Assembly: GCA_902595145.1 (NCBI GenBank)
Contig: CACJOU010000004.1
Span: 7,414 to 71,413, forward strand
From: an uncultured SAR116 cluster alpha proteobacterium
GTDB lineage: Bacteria; Pseudomonadota; Alphaproteobacteria; Puniceispirillales; Marisalimonadaceae
DNA: 64,000 nt
Reading direction: 5' to 3'
This document shows, piece after piece, positions 61,754 through 64,000 of this stretch (position 1 is the first letter of the stretch; every line of letters starts with the position of its first letter). The notes beneath the pieces are model-generated. The model was not told where the DNA came from and ran no database searches. It saw only the letters and a program-made list of their open reading frames with translations. The position numbers and the translations under genes were made by a program.

Positions 61754-62242
61754 ATGAGTATTAATAAAGACACAATTGTAGCTATATTTTTATTGTTATT
61801 CTGTGGAATAATGATCAATAGTAGTTTTGATATTGAAGATCCTGGATATCAAGGTATGAAAGCTAGTTTTTGGCCAACAATAGTATTATGTCTTCTATCA
61901 ATTATGTCATTGGTTATGTTAGTTAAATCTATGATAGCTTCTACTGACATCAATTTAAATTCAGAAAATACAAATTCACAAAATGTTTTTTTAAAATTTA
62001 AGAATGCCTCAATATGCTTTTTAATGTTCATTATTTTTTTAGGGTTTCTAGATTATTTAGGAATGCTAATTGGGGGTGTGTTATTTGTATTTGGGTTACT
62101 TACTTTATTAGGTGGATTTGAGATAAAAAAAATTATCAATCACTTAATTATTTCAATTATAACAATAGGAATAATGTGGTCAATTTTCACCTTTGGTTTA
62201 AAAGTTATTTTACCTGAGGGGGAAATTCTAAGAATTTGGTAA
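61754..62242 (+). CDS. tctB: Tripartite tricarboxylate transporter small subunit TctB
   Basis: 4-5 TM, FWP motif, C-terminal F..GLKVILPEG. Confidence 0.9.
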   Translation: MSINKDTIVAIFLLLFCGIMINSSFDIEDPGYQGMKASFWPTIVLCLLSIMSLVMLVKSMIASTDINLNSENTNSQNVFLKFKNASICFLMFIIFLGFLDYLGMLIGGVLFVFGLLTLLGGFEIKKIINHLIISIITIGIMWSIFTFGLKVILPEGEILRIW

Positions 62243-62246
62243 AGTT

Positions 62247-63893
62247 ATGATAGATGTTATTTTACAAGCGTTTGCGAGTATAGTTTTAGATCCAGTTACA
62301 TTAGGTTTAATGTTGGTAGGTACACTTGCTGGAATTCTTGCAGGTGCTATCCCAGGCTTTACTATTGCAATGGGAGTAATATTAACTTTACCATTCACTT
62401 TTGGTATGACTGCAATTCAAGGATTAGCAACTATGCTTGGGGTGTTTGTAGGAGGATTTTCAGGAGGATTAATGTCATGCATGTTAACTGGAATCCCAGG
62501 AACTCCGTCTTCTGTTGCCACAACTTTTGATGGCTTTCCGTTAGTAAGATCTGGCAGACCAGGACTCGCATTAGGTTTAGGATTATGGTCTTCTTTTTTT
62601 GGGGGAATGATAAGTGCTGTAATTTTAGTAGCTTTAGCCCCACAATTAGCATTTTTAGGTTTAGAATTTGGTCCTTGGGATTATTTTTCTTTAATTATTT
62701 TTGCTCTAACAATTACTGTAAGTTTGTCAGGTGGAAATATTACTAAAGGTTTAATTGCAGGTTTGCTTGGATTATTTGCAGCAACAGTAGGGGAAGACGA
62801 GATTAATGGCGTTGCAAGATTTACCTTTGGTTTTGATGAATTCAAACAAGGGTTCGCATTTCTACCAGTTTTAATTGGATTATTTGCTTTTTCACAATTA
62901 TTAACAGATGTCGAAGATGATAAAAGGGCTAAGAGCCCTCTTATGTCTCAATCTGGATCAGTGGTTAAAGTTGAGCACAGGCAAGCAATATTAATAATTC
63001 TTAAAAGATGGGTTAATTTATTTAGGTCAAGTTTCATAGGCATTTTCACAGGAATTTTACCTGCTGCTGGCGGTTCAATTTCAAATATATTAGCATATGA
63101 TCAAGCAAAAAAAGCTTCACCTAATAGATCAAATTTTGGAAAAGGTGAATATGATGGTGTCATTGCACCAGAAGCCGCTAATAATGCAACTGCAGGTGGA
63201 GCGTTAATTATGATGATGGCGCTGGGTATTCCTGGAGATATTGTAACAGCAGTTATGTTAGGAGCATTGATGATCCACAATATCATTCCTGGTCCAACAT
63301 TCATTCAAGATGAACCATTATTAGCGTACGGTGTTTTTATAGCTTTTTTTGTTGCTCATTTTTTTATGGTCGGATTACAGGCGTTCTCATTAAGAATATT
63401 TCTACTCGTTACAAAAATTCCAATGTATGTTTTAGCATCAGTTATCTTAGCTTATTGTGCAATTGGAGTTTTCGCATTACATAACGTAGTTTTTGATATA
63501 TGGGTTATGTTCTTTTTTGGAGTAATTGGATATTTCATGAAAAAATTAGGATTTCCTCTTGCTCCCATGATCCTTGGTGTAGTTTTAGGTAAACTAGCAG
63601 AACTTAATTTAGCAAGAGCTTCTGGAATAAGTGATGATTTATTGCTATTTATATCAAGACCATGGTCATTGTTTTTCTTGTTGATGGCAGTCATATCAGT
63701 AATCTTTCCTTTTTATCAAGAAGCTAGGAAAGATTCATTATTCTCAAAATTTTATGTTCCAATGTCTATGATTGTATTGTCTTTACCATTATTTTTGATG
63801 GGTAGCCCAGTAAGAATGATAGTAGCAACAATATTAGTTTTAACTGGAGTATATTTTTTATACAAAAGAACCAGCTCTTTAAAAACTACCTGA
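62247..63893 (+). CDS. tctA: Tripartite tricarboxylate transporter large subunit TctA
   Basis: GAIPG, GIPGTPSSVATTFDG, APEAANNA, LGIPGD, PGP. Confidence 0.95.
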   Translation: MIDVILQAFASIVLDPVTLGLMLVGTLAGILAGAIPGFTIAMGVILTLPFTFGMTAIQGLATMLGVFVGGFSGGLMSCMLTGIPGTPSSVATTFDGFPLVRSGRPGLALGLGLWSSFFGGMISAVILVALAPQLAFLGLEFGPWDYFSLIIFALTITVSLSGGNITKGLIAGLLGLFAATVGEDEINGVARFTFGFDEFKQGFAFLPVLIGLFAFSQLLTDVEDDKRAKSPLMSQSGSVVKVEHRQAILIILKRWVNLFRSSFIGIFTGILPAAGGSISNILAYDQAKKASPNRSNFGKGEYDGVIAPEAANNATAGGALIMMMALGIPGDIVTAVMLGALMIHNIIPGPTFIQDEPLLAYGVFIAFFVAHFFMVGLQAFSLRIFLLVTKIPMYVLASVILAYCAIGVFALHNVVFDIWVMFFFGVIGYFMKKLGFPLAPMILGVVLGKLAELNLARASGISDDLLLFISRPWSLFFLLMAVISVIFPFYQEARKDSLFSKFYVPMSMIVLSLPLFLMGSPVRMIVATILVLTGVYFLYKRTSSLKTT

Positions 63894-64000
63894 TAAATTG
63901 GTTTACGTATTCTTCACCTAAACCAACTTTGATAAAATGTTTTTTAGCTGCTTCGATTCTATCAAAAACATCAGTTGTGCTAACTGTATTTCCATCTTCA
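63886..64000 (-). CDS. 3' end of an unidentified minus-strand gene (partial)
   Basis: Two minus-strand frames are open from the window edge (stops at 63914 and 63886), convergent on tctA. Product and frame cannot be determined. Confidence 0.35.
   Translation of the reverse strand, partial: EDGNTVSTTDVFDRIEAAKKHFIKVGLGEEYVNQFIR

Noticed and set aside
5656-63694. Many short ORFs in the track that are antisense or off-frame to larger genes (e.g. 8540-8971, 13142-13483, 41364-41750, 50723-51118, 51766-52014)
   Set aside because: They lie within or largely overlap well-supported genes and show no recognisable motifs; they are shadow ORFs.
1-64000. CtrA boxes (TTAA-N7-TTAA), sigma70 promoters, CRISPR arrays, tRNA/rRNA genes, IS elements
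   Set aside because: AT-only motifs cannot be told from background by eye at this composition. No repeat-spacer array, RNA gene or transposase/integrase was seen, and almost all sequence is accounted for by CDSs.

Overview
This is a gene-dense, very AT-rich bacterial chromosome segment. The housekeeping genes and their order look alphaproteobacterial (rpsF-rpsR-rplI-dnaB-alr-mlaE-mlaF-radA-cvpA-purF; fabD-fabG-acpP-fabF-mltG-gmk; lptFG-surA-pdxA-rsmA; purM/DUF2066/AI-2E/hdaA; ruvX-pyrB-pyrC'-plsY-topA-rnr-rpmG; gatCAB). The lineage is probably streamlined and possibly marine; that is inference only. Bases 1-14.6 kb hold a colinear fliE-F-G-H-I-J-K-L-M-N-O-P-Q-R-flhB flagellar block in the gammaproteobacterial / Rhodobacter sphaeroides Fla1 arrangement. 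It has clear sigma54 (-24/-12) promoters before fliK and fliO. Four uncharacterised co-oriented genes follow it: a 2-TM peptide, a 4-Cys peptide, a MotF-like single-TM coiled-coil protein and a PDZ-like membrane protein. Several genes usually found in these core neighbourhoods are absent from their slots (lptD, dprA, purN, ppk/ppx, holC, yicC). A DUF2066-like envelope protein carries a ~76-aa insertion resembling a phage structural-protein repeat domain. Three small CDSs missing from the ORF track were read directly: the fliE 3' end, cytochrome oxidase subunit IV and rpmG. The right end (55-64 kb) is an accessory uptake/catabolic cluster: a frameshifted EamA, an aldo-keto reductase, PanE-like, NadX-like, a GGT-family hydrolase and TctCBA. 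No tRNA, rRNA, CRISPR array or mobile element was seen.
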